A stretch of 64,000 bases of DNA, taken from contig NC_086101.1 of NCBI RefSeq assembly GCF_963921235.1, positions 10,914,001 through 10,978,000 of the forward strand. Reading direction: 5' to 3'. The translations under genes and the position numbers were made by a program. Shown one piece after another: positions 1 through 12,944 of this stretch. How positions within the stretch are numbered: the stretch's first letter is position 1; every line of letters begins with the position of its first letter. This DNA is from Mobula hypostoma (lineage: Eukaryota). A model generated the notes under the pieces. It saw only the letters and a program-made list of their open reading frames with translations, ran no database searches and was not told where the DNA came from.

Positions 1-646
1 GAATTAAATTATCAAATAACTGATTAACAAAGTTAAACAATATATCAATAATTATAGGAAAAAACAAAATATTAAAACTACATTTTTTGGAAAAAATTGA
101 GGGAAAAAAGAACCCCTACAAACTAAAACAAAAAAAAACCCTAAAAACCCCTACTAACAAAAAACTGAAAAAAACCATTGGGAGTACAACCCTGGAGCTA
201 TACGCCAGACAAGCTTCCATAAAAGAAAAACATCAATCTGCCAACTAAATCCATTTACACAAGAATCAGAAGGGGACCACCTTAATTAACTGAAATCAAA
301 TGACAGTAGCGGGCAAAAGAACCCCACCTTTACTCAAAGTCAAATTGAGGATCAAAAGTTGGACTTCTGATTTTCTCCAAACTAATACATAACATCACCT
401 GAGAGAACCATTGTATCACAGTGGGAGCAGAAGCATCTTTCCATTTCAATAAAATAGCCCTTCTGGCCAATAATGTAACAAATGCAATTACATGTTGGTC
501 TGATATAGAAATACCGTGAATATATTGAGGGATTATATCAAAAAAAACTATCAATTTATTAGGTTTTAATTTAATTTTCAAAGCTTTAGAAATTGTAGAG
601 GAAATAGATTTCCAAAACTGTTTCAACACTGAACACGACCAAAACA

Positions 647-1766
647 GTATTGGGGGTATGTTATTGATGTGGATAGAGAATTGCTGGCAGACAGGAAGCA
701 AGGAGTGGAAATAAATGGGACCTTTTCAGAATGGCGGGCAGTGACTAGTGGGGTACCGCAAGGCTCAGTGCTGGGACCCCAGTTGTTTATAATATATATA
801 TTAATGACTTAGACGAGGGAATTAAATGCAGCATCTCCAAGTTTGCGGATGACGTGAAGCTGGGCGGCTGTGTTAGCTGTGAAGAGGATGCTAAGAGGAT
901 GCAGGGTGACTTGGATAGGTTAGGTGGGTGGGCAAATTCATGGCAGATGGAATTTAATATGGATAAATGTGAGGTTATCCACATTGGTGGCAAGAACAGG
1001 AAAACAGATTATGATCTGAATGGTGTCTGATTAGGAAAAGGGGAGGTGCAACGAGACCTGGGTGTCATTGTACGAGACCTGGGCATGCAGGTACAGCAGG
1101 CGGTGAAAAAAGCGAATGGTATGCTGGCATTCATAGCAAGAGGATTCAAGTACAGGAGCGGGGAGGTACTACTGGAGTTGAACAAGGCCTTGGTGACACC
1201 ACACCTGGACTGTTGTGTGCAGTCCAGTTTTGGTCCCCTAATGTGAGGAAAGACATTCTTGCCATAGAGGGAGTACAAAGAAGGTTCACCAGATTGATTC
1301 CTGGGATGGCAGGACTTTCATATGATGAAAGACTGGATCAACTTGGCTTATACTCTCTAGAATTTAGAAGATTGAGGGGGGATCTGATTTGAAACGTATA
1401 AAATCCTAAAGGGATTGGACAGGCCAGATGCAGGAAAATTGTTCCCGATGATGGGGAAGCCCAGAACGAGGGATCACAGTTTGAGGATAAAGGGGAAGCC
1501 TTTTAGGGCTGAGATGAGGAAAAACTTCTTCACACAGAGAGTGATAAATCTGTTCAATTCTCTGCGACAGGAAACAGTTGAGGCCAGTTCATTGGCTATA
1601 TTTAAGAGGGAGTTAGATATAGCCCTTGTGGCCAAAAGAATCAGGGGTTATGGAGGGAAGGTAGGTACAGGGTTCTGAGTTGGATGATCAGCCATGATCG
1701 TACTGAATTGCGGTGCATGCTCGAAGGGCCGAATAGCCTACTCCTGAACCTATTTTCTATGTTTCT
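647..1766 (+). mobile_element. 5'-truncated CR1-clade LINE (RT C-terminus and 3' tail) inserted in the L1
   Basis: [10 protein letters not shown] and KFADD segments, CR1 3' end ending tattttctatgtttct; flanked by AAAACA at 641-646 and 1767-1772 (6-bp TSD). Confidence 0.92.
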
Positions 1767-2335
1767 AAAACATATGTGTTAATGTAGCTGTCTCACTCTT
1801 ACATCTATCGCACTATCAACAGATGGAAATACTTTAGACAGTCTCTCCTTTGTCAAATAGTAACGATGTACAATTTTATATTGAATTAGAGAATGACTGG
1901 CACAAATCGAAAAAGAGTTAAGCAACTTCAAAATTCGCAACCAATCCTCTGTTATCAAAGTCATGTTAAGCTCTCTTTCCCAATCTTGCTTAATCTTAAG
2001 GAAAGGATAATTGTACTGTTGTAATAGTAAATTATAAATTTTCCCAATAAAACCTTTCATTAAAGGATTCATTTTTAAAATAATGTCTAACACGTCAGAA
2101 TCTTGTATATATGGAAAATTACTTAAATATTCTTGTAAGAAATGTCTGACCTGAAGATACTGAAAAATGTGGTTACAAGAGAGAATATTTTGTTCCTAAT
2201 TTCTCAAAAGACATCAATCGGCCATCTTGAAACAGATCCATGAAGGAATAAATTCCTTTATTCCTCAAAAGAAAAAAGGTAGGATTACTATGTGAAGGTT
2301 GAAATAAATAGTTTCGATAAATTAAACTAAGAAGG

Positions 2336-2620
2336 TGTGGCGACCCATTTTCTAGCACCCACGAACCGGCTCACGAAACAACGCGCGCAGGCAGAGGGCC
2401 AGCCCCAAAAAGGGAGCCCGGCCATCTTCACCAGCAGGGAGAAAATCCCGCGCACGGGAAGGGTCTGGGAATATGCATTCCCCTCAGCAGTCCCACCCCA
2501 GGGAGGGCGGGAACGGGAAGGCTTTAAAGCAGGCCGCGAAGTTTGAATAAATCGCTTTATCGCAACTCCAACTCACCGACTCCGTGTGGTTATTCTAGCG
2601 CTGTGTGTAGCATCGCTACA
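2336..2620 (+). repeat. 5' LTR of the CsRn1-like element
   Basis: tgtggcgacc...gctaca, direct repeat of 6384-6670; contains TTTAAA and AATAAA. Confidence 0.95.
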
Positions 2621-2622
2621 TT

Positions 2623-2636
2623 TGGTGACCTCGATG
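2623..2636 (+). promoter_or_regulatory. Primer-binding site complementary to the tRNA-Trp 3' end
   Basis: TGGTGACCTCGATG versus the canonical tRNA-Trp PBS TGGTGACCCCGACG (2 mismatches), 2 nt after the LTR. Confidence 0.8.
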
Positions 2637-2660
2637 GCCCAAGCGATATTTGGACCAGAG

Positions 2661-5600
2661 ATGACCGACGCCGCATCTGTTCACGCAGTTTCGTTACAAC
2701 TGCCAAGCTTTTGGCCGCTGAGACTCCGTCTGTGGTTGGAACAGGCAGAAGCATAATTCCACATTCGGCAGATAACCTCGGAGTCCACTCGCTACTACTA
2801 CGTGCTGAACTCCCTCGACCAGGAGACAGCTGCACAAATTGAGGAGTTTATACAGTCGCCCCAGAGAACGGCAAATACACAGCATTCAAAGCCATGCTCA
2901 TAAGGACTTTTGGACTCTCACGGTGCGAACGAGCACGCCGCTTAATGCACCTGGATGGTTTGGGAGACAGGCCGCCATCGGCATTAATGAACGAAATGCT
3001 GGCCCTGGCTGAAGGACACAAACCCTGCCTCATGTTTGAGCAGGCGTTCCTAGAGCAACTGCCCGAGGACATACACCCGCTGCTGTCAGACACAGATTTC
3101 AGCAACCCCCGGGAGGTGGCGGCCCGAGCAGATGTGCTGTGGAATGCCAGGAAGGAGAGAGGGGCATCCGTCACACAGATCACCAAGCCGCATGCCCAAC
3201 GACAGACCAGACCAGGCCCGGCAGCAGAACCCAACGAACAATCGTGCTTCTACCACCAGTGGTGGGGCTCAGAGGCCCGCCGCTGTAGACCACCCTGCAA
3301 ATTCCCGGGAAACGCCAAGGCCCAGCCACCGCCGATCGCTACGGCGGCTGGCCATCAGGACGGCCTCCTGTACGTCTGGGACAAGCAGTCGGGACGCCGC
3401 TTTTTGGTCGAGACCGGAGCGGAAATCAGTGTTTTACCTCCAACGAGTTACGACACCCGCAACAGAGAACCGGGACCCACCCTGAGGGCCACAAATGACA
3501 GCACAATATGAACCTACGGTGCGGCTACAGTTCAGCTCCAGCCCGTTCACGTGGGACTTCACACTGGCCACCGTCGCCCAACCACTCCTGGGGGTGGATT
3601 TTCTGCGAGCCCACAGCCTGCTGGTCGACCTGCAAGGGAAGCGACTAGTCCATGCCAAGACTTTTCAAACGTTCTCCCTGGGTGAAGCAAAGTTGCCAGA
3701 CCCACACCTGGACTCCATCACGCTGTCCGACGATGAATTCACCAGGGTCCTGGCGGATTTCCCATCAGTACTGACACCGCAGTTCACGGCAGCCATGCCC
3801 AGACACGGAGTACAGCACCACATCCCGACCCAGGGACCACCCCTCCACGCCCATGCTCGAAGGCTTCCCCCGGACAAGCTCCGACTGGCGAAGGAGAAGT
3901 TCAAGAAGATGGAGGAATTGGGGATCATACGACGGTCTGACAGCCCATGGGCCTCCCCCCTGCACATGGTGCCCAAGGCAACGGGGGGCTGGAGACTATG
4001 CGGTGAATACCGCAGACTGAACGAGGCTACAACGCCAGACCGCTACCCTGTGCGGCACATTCAAGACTTTGCAGCAAACCTACACAGCGCAAGGATCTTT
4101 TCCAAGGTAGACCTCGTCCGGGGATACCATCAAATCCCTGTACATCCGGACGACATCCCCAAAACAGCACTCATCACCCCGTTTGGACTTTTCGAATTCC
4201 TCCGAATGCTGTTTGGTCTAAAGAATGCCACACAGATGTTCCAGCGGCTAATGGACGCGGTGGGACGCGACCTAGACTTTGCATTCATCTATTTGGACAA
4301 CATCCCCATAGCCAGCAGTAGTCGGCAGGAGCATCTGTCCCACCTCCGCCAGCTCTCCGCCCGACTGAGCGAATTCGGTCATACAATCAACCCGGCCAAA
4401 TGCCTGTTCGGTCTCGACACCATCGACTTCCTGGGCCACAGGATTACTAAAGACGGGGCAACCCCGCTGCCCGCCAAGGTAGACGCGGTCCGCCACTTCC
4501 CCCGACCCAACACAATCAAAGGCCTGCAGGAATTCGTGGGTATGGTGAATTTCTACCACCGTTTCCTCCCCTCAGCAGCCCGAACCATGCGCCCCTGTTC
4601 ACTCTGATGTCGGGTAAGGGCAAGGACATTACCTGGGACAAACTGGCCGCAGCCGCTTTCGTTAAAACCAAAGAAGCCTTGGCAAACGCCGCGATGCTAG
4701 TGCACCCCAGAATGGACGTTCCTACTGCCCTCACGGTGGACGCATCCAACACAGCAGTCGGTGGAGTGCTGGAACAACTCATCGAGGGTCGCTGGCAACC
4801 CCTGGCGTTCTTCAGCAAACACCTACGACCACCCGAAGTCAAATACAGTGTTTTCGACCGGGAGCTATTGGCACTATAGCTGGCAATCCGGCATTTCAGG
4901 TGCTTCTTAGAAGGTAGGCCCTTCATCGCGTTCACGGACCACAAACCGCTTACCTTTGCGTTCACTAAGGTGTCCGACCCCTGGTCGTCCCGCCAGCAGC
5001 GACATGTCCTACATCTCCGAGTACACGACGGACATCCGGCATGTCTCAGGAAAGGACAACGTCGTGGCGGACGCACTATCCAGACCGACCATACAGGCCC
5101 TGTCCCAGGGGGTGGACTATGCAGCGCTGGCAGAGGCACAGCAGGCAGACGCTGAGATCCCCAGTTACAGGACTGCAGTCTCCGGTTTGCAGCTCCAAGA
5201 CCTCCCCGTAGGCCCCGGTGAGAGGACCCTACTATGTGACGTAGCTACCGGCCAACCCCGCCCCGTCGTCCCAGCAGCCTGGCGCCGGCGGGTTTTCGAG
5301 TCCATTCACAACTTAGCGCACCCCTCCATCAGGACAACTGTCCGGCTGGTCTCCAACAGGTTCGTGTGGCATGGGCTTTGTAAACAGGTCAGCGAATGGG
5401 CCAAAACGTGCATGCAGTGCCAAACGGCCAAGGTGCAGCGGCACACCAAGGCTCCGCCGCAGCAGTTCGAATCCACCCGCCGGAGGTTCGACCACATTCA
5501 TGTGGATATCGTGGGGCCCCTGCCAGTGTTGCGAGGAGCACGGTATCTCCTAACTATGATAGACCGGTTCACCAGATGGGCAGAGGCAGTCCCGCTCACT

Positions 5601-6370
5601 GACACCACCTCCAAATCCTGCGCCCGAGCACTGATCGCAACCTGGGTAACACGCTTCGGGGTACCGGCCCACATTACCTCCGACAGGGGCGCCCAGTTCA
5701 CCTCCAGCCTGTGGTCAGCCATGGCCAGCCTTTTAGGATCGCAGCTACACCACACAACTGCCTACCACCCACAGTCGAACGGACTAGTGGAGCGTTTCCA
5801 CCGTCACCTGAAGTCGGCTTTCATGGCCTGCCTGGAGGGGCCTAACTAGGTGGACGAGCTTCCCTGGGTCCAGCTCGGAATCCGCACGGCGCCCAAGGAA
5901 GATCTGCACACCTCGTCGGCCGAGTTGGTGTACAGCGCACCCTTGGTAGTCCCAGGAGAGTTCATACCAGCCCCAAGGGGGCAAGAGGAAGAACCCACAG
6001 CAGTCCTGGACAGACTATGGAAGAGGCTCAGTAACCTGGCCCCCATCCCCACTTCACAGCACGGACAGAGCCCGACCTACGTACCCAAAGACCTGCAGAA
6101 CTGTAAGTTTCTTTTTGTATGATGGGGCAGACACTGGGCACCGCTACAGCGGCCCTACGAGGGGCTGTTTAAGGTGATCAGGAACAACGGGTCCACGTTC
6201 ATGCTGGACATTGGGGGGAGAGAGGAGGTTTTCACGGTGGACCGACTCAAACCGGCTCATGTGGACTTGGCGCTGCCGGTCCAGGCTCAGGCACCGCGGC
6301 GCAGGGGCAGACCTCCCAAACAGAGGCCGATCCAGACTGTGGACACTGGGGGAGGTACCGCCGGTTCTGG
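2661..6370 (+). pseudogene. gag-pol of the CsRn1-like element, frameshifted and with stops
   Basis: Gag from ATG 2661 (LQLPSFW), CHCC knuckle CFYHQWWGSEARRCRPPC, protease FLVETGAE, RT (3495-4607; YLDN in place of YLDD), RNase H (LTVDAS...DRELLA), integrase (HNLAHP...CMQC, HVDIVGP, ITSDRG, GLVER) and a GPY/F-type tail. Confidence 0.92.
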
Positions 6371-6383
6371 GGGGCGGGGGGTA

Positions 6384-6670
6384 TGTGGCGACCCATTTTC
6401 TAGCATCCACGAACCGGCTCACGAAACAGCGCATGCAGGCAGAGGGCCGGCCCCGACAAGGGCGCCAGGCCATCTTCACCAGCAGGGGGAAAATCCCGCA
6501 CGCGGAAAGGGTCTGGGACTATGCATTCCCCACAGCAGTCCCGCCCCAGGGAGGGCGGGAACGGGAGGGCTTTAAAGCAGGCCGCGAAGTTTGAATAAAT
6601 CTCTTTATCGCATCTCCAACTCACCGACTCCGTGTGGTTATTGTAGCGCTGTGTGTAGCACACCGCTACA
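6384..6670 (+). repeat. 3' LTR of the CsRn1-like element
   Basis: Direct repeat of 2336-2620, followed by the AAGG TSD. Confidence 0.95.
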
Positions 6671-7151
6671 AAGGTTAACTTTTTCAAGATTAAAAAATTA
6701 CGAAACTGATACCAAATTCGTAATGACTGTTGAATCAGGATATAAATTTAGATTAGAAATTTTGGCTAGTTGTACAGGCAAAGAGACTGCTGATAACAAA
6801 GTTTGGTAAAATTCTTCCACAACTTTCAATTCCAAATCAACCCAAGGTGGTCGTTCATTTTTATCGGTCCAGTATAACCAAGAACACACATAACATATAT
6901 TAACAGCCCAATATTACGTTCTTAAATTAGGCAAAGCAAGACCTCCATCCTTTTTTAATTTTTGTAAATGATATTTTCCAATTCTTGGTCTTTTATTATT
7001 CCAAACAAAAGATGAAATAATAGAATCAACCTGATCAAAAAACTTAATTAAAAGAAAGGAATATTTTGAAATATATATAAGAATTTTGGTAAAATCATCA
7101 TTTAAACTGCATGAATTTGGCCAGCTAACAGAAGTGTAAGTGGATTCCATC

Positions 7152-10082
7152 TAGAATATAGAACATAGAATAGTACAGCACATTACAGGCCCTTCGGCCC
7201 ACAATGTTGTGCTGACACTCAAACCATGCCTCCCATATAACCCCCCCCACCTTAAATTCGTCCATATACCTGTCTACTAGTCTCTTAAACTTCACGAGTG
7301 TATCTGCCTCCACCACTGACTCAGGCAGTGCATTCCACGCACCAACCACTCTCTGAGTAAAAAACCTTCCTCTAATATCGCCCTTGAACTTCCCACCCCT
7401 TACTTTAAAGCCATGTCCTCTTGTATTGAGTAGTGGTGCCCTGGGGAAGATCCTCCTTCTCCCCAGAGAGTAAAGCCCTAGCTCCCTTAATCTCTGATCA
7501 TAATCCATACTCTCTAAACCAGGCAGCATCCTGGTAAATCTCCTCTGTACCCTTTCCAATGCTTCCACATCCTTCCTATAGTGAGGCGACCAGAACTGGA
7601 CACAGTACTCCAAGTGTGGCCTAACCAGAGTTTTATAGAGCTGCATCATTATTCTGCGACTCTTAAACACTATCCCTCGACTTATGAAAGCTAACACTCC
7701 GTAAGCTTTCTTAACTACCCTATCTACCTGTGAGGCAACTTTCAGGGATCTATGGACATGTACCCCCAGATCCCTCTGCTCCTCCACACTACCAAGTATC
7801 CTGCCATTTACTTTGTACTCTGCCTTGGAGTTTGTCCTTCCAAAGTGTACCACCTCACACTTCTCCGGGTTGAACTCCGTCTGCCACTTCTCAGCCCACT
7901 TCTGCATCCTATCAATGTCTCTCTGCAATCTTCGACAATCCTCTACACTGTCCACAACACCACCAAACTTTGTGTCGTCTGCAAACTTGCCAACCCACCT
8001 TTCTACCCCCACATCCAGGTCGTTAATAAAAATCACGAAAAGTAGAGGTCACAGAACTGATCCTTGTGGGACACCACTACTCACAACCCTCCAATCCAAA
8101 TGTATCCCTCCACTATGACCCTCTGCTTTCTGCAGGCAAGCCAATTCTGAATCCACCTGGTCAAACTTCCCTGGATCCCATGCCTTCCGACTTTCTGAAT
8201 AAGCCTACCATGTGGAACCTTGTCACATGCCTTACTAAAATCCATGTAGCTCATATCCACTGCACGACCCTCATCTATATGCCTGGTCGCCTCCTCAAAG
8301 AACTCTATCAGGCATGTTAGACACGATCTGCCCTTCACAAAGTCATGCTGACTGTCCCTGATCAGACCAAGATTCTCTAAATGCCCATAGATCCTTTCTC
8401 TAAGAATCTTTTCGAACAGGTTTCCCACCACAGATGTAAGGCTCACTGGTCTATAATTACCCGGACTATCCCTACTACCTTTCTTGAACAAGGGGACAAT
8501 ATTCGTCTCCCTCCAATCCTCTGGTACCATTCCTGTGGACAACGAGGACATAAAGATCCTAGACAGAGGTTCAGCAATCTCTTCCCTTGCCTCATGGAGC
8601 AGCCTGGGGAATATTCCGTCAGGCCCCGGGGACTTATCCATCCCAATGTATTTTAACAACTCCCATGATATCAACATACTCCAGAACATCAACCTCACTC
8701 ATGCTATCCTCACCGTCATCAAGTTCCCTCTCATTGGTGAATACCAAAGAGAAGTATTCATTGAGGACCTCGCTCACTTCCACAGCTTCCAGGCACATCT
8801 TCCCACCTTTATCTCTAATCGGTCGTATCTTCACTCCTGTCATCCTTTTGTTCTTCACATAATTGAAGAATGCCTTGGGGTTTTCCTTTACTCTACTTGC
8901 CAAGGCTTTCTCATTCCCCCTTCTTGCTTTCCTGAGCCCCTTCTTAAGCTCCTTTCTTGCGTCCCTATATTCCTCAATAGACCTATCTGATCCTTGCTTC
9001 CTAAACCTCATACATGCTGCCTTCTTCCACCTGACTAGATTCTCCACCTCACTTGTCACCCATGCTTCCTTTACCCTACCATTTTTTATCTTCCTCACCG
9101 GGACAAATTTATCTCTAACATCCTGCAAGAGATCTCTAAACATCGACCACATGTCCATAGTACATTTCCCTGCAAAAACATCATCCCAATTCACACCTGC
9201 AAGTTCTAGCCTTATAGCCTCATAATTTGCCCTTCCCCAATTAAAAATTTTCCTGTCCTCTCTGATTCTATCCATTTCCATGATAATGCTAAAGGCCAGT
9301 GAGTGGTGGTCACTGTCTCCCAGATGCTCACCCACTGAGAGATCTGTGACCTGACCTGGTTCTTTACCTAGTACTAGATTTAGTATGGCATTCCCCCTCG
9401 TCGGCCTGTCCACATACTGTGACAGGAGGCCACCCTGGACACACTTACCAAACTCTGCCCCATCTAAACCATTGGAACTAATCAGGTGCCAATCAATACT
9501 AGGGAAGTTAAAGTTACCCATGATAACAAACCTGTTATTTTTGCACCTTTCCAAAATCTGCCTCTCAATCTACTCCTTGGTATTTCTGCTGTTAGCAGGG
9601 GGCCTATAGAATACTCCCAATAAAGTAATTGTTCCCTTCCTGTTCCTGTCTTCCACCCATACTGACTCAAAAGAGGATCCTGCTACATTACCCACGCTTT
9701 CTGTAGCTGTCATAGTATCCCTGACCAGTCATGCCAACCCCCCTCCCCTTTCCCCCACTCTCTATCCCTTTTAAAGCACTGAAATCCAGGAATATTGAGA
9801 ATCCATTCCTGCCCTGGTGCCAGCCAAGTCTCTGTAATGGCCACAACATCATAATTCCATGTATGTATCCAAGCTCTCAGTTCATCACCTTTGTTCCTGA
9901 TGCTTCTTGCATTGAAGTACACGCACTTTAGCCCTTCTACCTTACTACCCTTTATTCTGTTTCTCTTTCCTCAAAGCCTCTTTGTATGTTAGATCTGGCT
10001 TTACTCCATGCACTATACTTACAGTTCTCGCATGACCTTTATACTCCTCCACCTCACTATCTGCTCTAACACTCTGGTTCCC
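7152..10082 (-). mobile_element. CR1-clade LINE with nearly complete ORF2 (APE endonuclease + RT), frameshifted, two small internal deletions
   Basis: ORFs 9710-9922 (YFNARSIRNK...ITETWL), 8634-9554 (GDSDH), 8081-8698, 7125-8036 (KFADDTK); (TTCTATG)-type tail at about 7152-7175. Same subfamily as 59587-61571. Confidence 0.93.
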
Positions 10083-10768
10083 TCGTACTTTCCCAGACAA
10101 ATGTGTTTTTCACCATTTTCTGCTCTCAAGGCAATGCACTGGTGCTCACATGGAGTCCTTGGAACATGGCTGTGAACTGGTTTCCCGACACATTCTCATA
10201 TCCCAGGCTAACTCCATTTTGTCTTATTTGTGATACACATATTAACATATACTCAAGGAAGGAATCACATTTAAATCTTTCATTACAGATGTATAGGTGA
10301 TAAGTAGGTGAATCTGAATCCGATTCTTCCTGACTGATTTTGCACAGCGATTGAGCAATCTGCATTTATATGGCCTTAACAGCACGTACATTGGACTTTG
10401 CAGTCAGAGAACAACATAGTTAAGGCCCAGGGCTGTGTTCTCACTGCAGCGGGGTTGGTGCTGCTAAACTTGTGCTAAATACATTGTGAGGTGTGTGACC
10501 TATTACAAGTAATCGTGATATTTCTTGACCCTAATGAATGCTCCATTTTATTTCAGTGTAAGCAGGGCTCCAGAAACAAATGCAGTTGGGTATCCTACAC
10601 CTGTGTGTAACACAGTATATGTTAGACAAGCAAATCTCGGGCATTTCTCTGAATTGTAGCATCCCAGTCACCTGCAAAAGTTAATGCTTTTTAGCAATGC
10701 AGGAGACCAATTCTATCTGGCCTCTGGTCATGTTTACCCCTGAAATGGTTGCATGAAGGTTGACACAT

Positions 10769-10995
10769 TGTGGTAAACCATGTATATATGTTGTCACTGG
10801 GTTAACTGTCTGGACGCGCCCCTCTGCTGACTGCCCCGTGGCTCCTCCCACAGAATCCTGTATAAAGGGTTTCGCCTTGCCCCTCCCCCTCAGTCCGGGG
10901 CAGACACTCACCATAGAGGCTGCATTGTACAGTGAATAATAGCCTTTTGGTACTTCACATAACCTCAGTCTTTTGCAGTTATTGAAGGTGCTTCA
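10769..10995 (+). mobile_element. Solo LTR (227 bp)
   Basis: TG...CA ends, CACAT direct repeats at 10764-10768 and 10996-11000, TATAAA at 10861 and AATAAT near 10935. Confidence 0.75.
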
Positions 10996-11685
10996 CACAT
11001 TGATGAGGAAACATCTAATAATTCAACAAACTCAACAATGACCTGAGTTTGGCTGCATCAGCTGAAGGTGGTACTTTGATAATTGCATCGACTTTGTGGA
11101 AATTGGCATTTTGCATGCTGAATCTGATTCCATTAAGACTACAGTCAGACCATCACTACCCCTGGCTGTTCCATACTGAAACCAGGATTTCACAAATGAA
11201 GCAAAGAGCATAATTGAGCTGATCCAAAATCTCATCTGCAGTACAGTGCATAACTTCTGGTGCTGATTAACCTCCAGAAAAGCTGTGTTAATTGTGAGAC
11301 ATGTCAGTCACTGGATTCAGGCCCATCTGCTATTTAGTCGGGATAAATTCATCTTTTTGAATCCAATTGCCTGTCAAGATTGCAAAAAAAATTGAGATAT
11401 GTGTATGAACTTCCAGGTAGCAATTTTGTCCCATAGCATCACTGTTTCCCCCTGGTTTGGAATGACTGCAAATAGGAGCAGCCCAATCACAGCTTAACTT
11501 GATACAGAATACCATGTCTCTTCAGACAGCCCAGTTCATGCACAACTGCTTCTTTTGAGATCTGGAGAACAGTTTGGAAAGTGTGGATGGTGTGAGAGGC
11601 TTGTACTTCCACGTGGATCTTCATGTGAAAACCTTTCAATTCCCATACACCTGCTTAAGGTCGGAAGCTTATCAAGCCAGTGATC

Positions 11686-11721
11686 ACGTGCGTGTGCGTG
11701 TGCGTGTGTGTGTGTGTGTGT
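11686..11721. repeat. (GTGC/GT)n microsatellite
   Basis: cacgtgcgtgtgcgtgtgcgtgtgtgtgtgtgtgtg. Confidence 0.9.
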
Positions 11722-11833
11722 GGTCAAAGACCTTCCTTCCTTTCTGAGTTTAATTTGAAATTTTGAAGCCAGTTTTGCCCTGTGGTACAATTCTGCCCCT
11801 TAACTACAACCAGGCGTAGCATCCATTTACTGC

Positions 11834-12277
11834 CATAGAACCATAGGACACTACAGCACAGAAGGAAGGCCATTCAGCCCTTCTAGTCTGTGCCGAAACA
11901 TTATTCCGCTAGTCCCATTGACCTGTATCCAGTCCATAGCCCTCCAGACCTCTCACATCCATGTACCTATCCAATTTATTCTTAAAACTTAAGAGTGAGC
12001 CCGCATTTACCACGTCAGATGGCAGCTCGTTCCACATTCCCACCACTCTCTGAGTGAAGAAGTTCCCCCTAATGTTCCCCCTAAACCTTTCCCCTTTCAC
12101 CCTAAAGCCATGTCCTCTCATATTTATCTCTCCTAATCTAAGTGGAAAGAGCCTATTCACATTTTCTCTGTCTATACCCCTCATAATTTTGCAAACCTCT
12201 ATCAAATCTCCCCTCATTCTACTATGCTCCAAGGAATAAAGTCCTAACCTGTTCAATCTTTCCCGTAACTCAACTCA
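11834..12277 (-). mobile_element. CR1 3' fragment
   Basis: ORF 11909-12256 (LGLYSLE...RGDLIEV...FFTQRVV..WN.LP) plus CR1 tail. Confidence 0.9.
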
Positions 12278-12944
12278 ACAGGGTGACAAGCAGTGAATGT
12301 ATGTTGGCTACAAGAGACCAGTGGTCACCCTCTCCTTGTATATGCGCTCTGGCCCGAGTGACACAGATGGCCCAGTATTCAGCATCATACTAACTTTCAT
12401 GCCAGGTCAATGTAGAAGTAAGTTTTGTCACTGTTGTGTAGACAGTTAATTGTTAACAGTTCATTGTTGGGTTTGATGTGAATAACATGCAGAAGCACAG
12501 CCTTGTGCACTTTTACACACTTTGTGTGGACATTTATCTACAACCCCATTGCCTTTACTGGTGAAACCTACAGAACATTTTGCTGGTGGTTTCCAGCACA
12601 GCATGAATATGCTCGTGTCACAAGGCCTTCATTTGCATTTCATGTTTCTGAGAACCCGGAGTTGCTGGTAAAGTGCTGGAGATCCGTTTCAATGTTCAGC
12701 ACACGTTGCATCAGGGTGCTGTGTGGACTTTTTGAACAGCACCTCCCTGGTTTAGAGTGGCATACTCGCTCCTCGGTGCCCTTGTAGGCAAACTTCAGGG
12801 CTGGCTTAAAAGTCAAATCCTCTTGTGACAAGTTTCAGCTATTTGTGCTAAGCTCTGGCCCCCAGAGGACACATGTATTGTGTTCAGTGCTTACAGTGCG
12901 GGACTCTCTTCGCTGGAAAAAACAAAATCTGTTGCAGACTCTGC

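Larger units (their letters stand above)
2336..6670 (+). mobile_element. Full-length Ty3/Gypsy LTR retrotransposon, CsRn1/Kabuki-like, decayed ORFs
   Basis: LTRs 2336-2620 and 6384-6670 (TG...CA), AAGG TSD (2332-2335, 6671-6674), tRNA-Trp-like PBS, G-rich PPT at 6369-6381, gag-PR-RT-RH-IN order. Confidence 0.95.
1..7151 (-). mobile_element. L1/Tx1-like LINE, 3' part of ORF2 and 3' UTR, split into three pieces (1-646, 1773-2335, 6675-7151) by later insertions
   Basis: ORFs 6914-7150 (FFDQVDSIISSFVWNNKRPRI...GGLALPN), 1779-2093 and 330-701 (FWSC...LARRAILLKWK...WFSQVM) are successive segments of an L1-type ORF2 C-terminus. Removing the inserts rejoins ...RCKSETATLTHMFWSC. AT-rich. Confidence 0.85.

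Noticed and set aside
10085..12860. Short ORFs in unique-looking DNA (e.g. 11032-11235, 12503-12787) as host exons
   Set aside because: No recognisable domains and no convincing paired splice sites.
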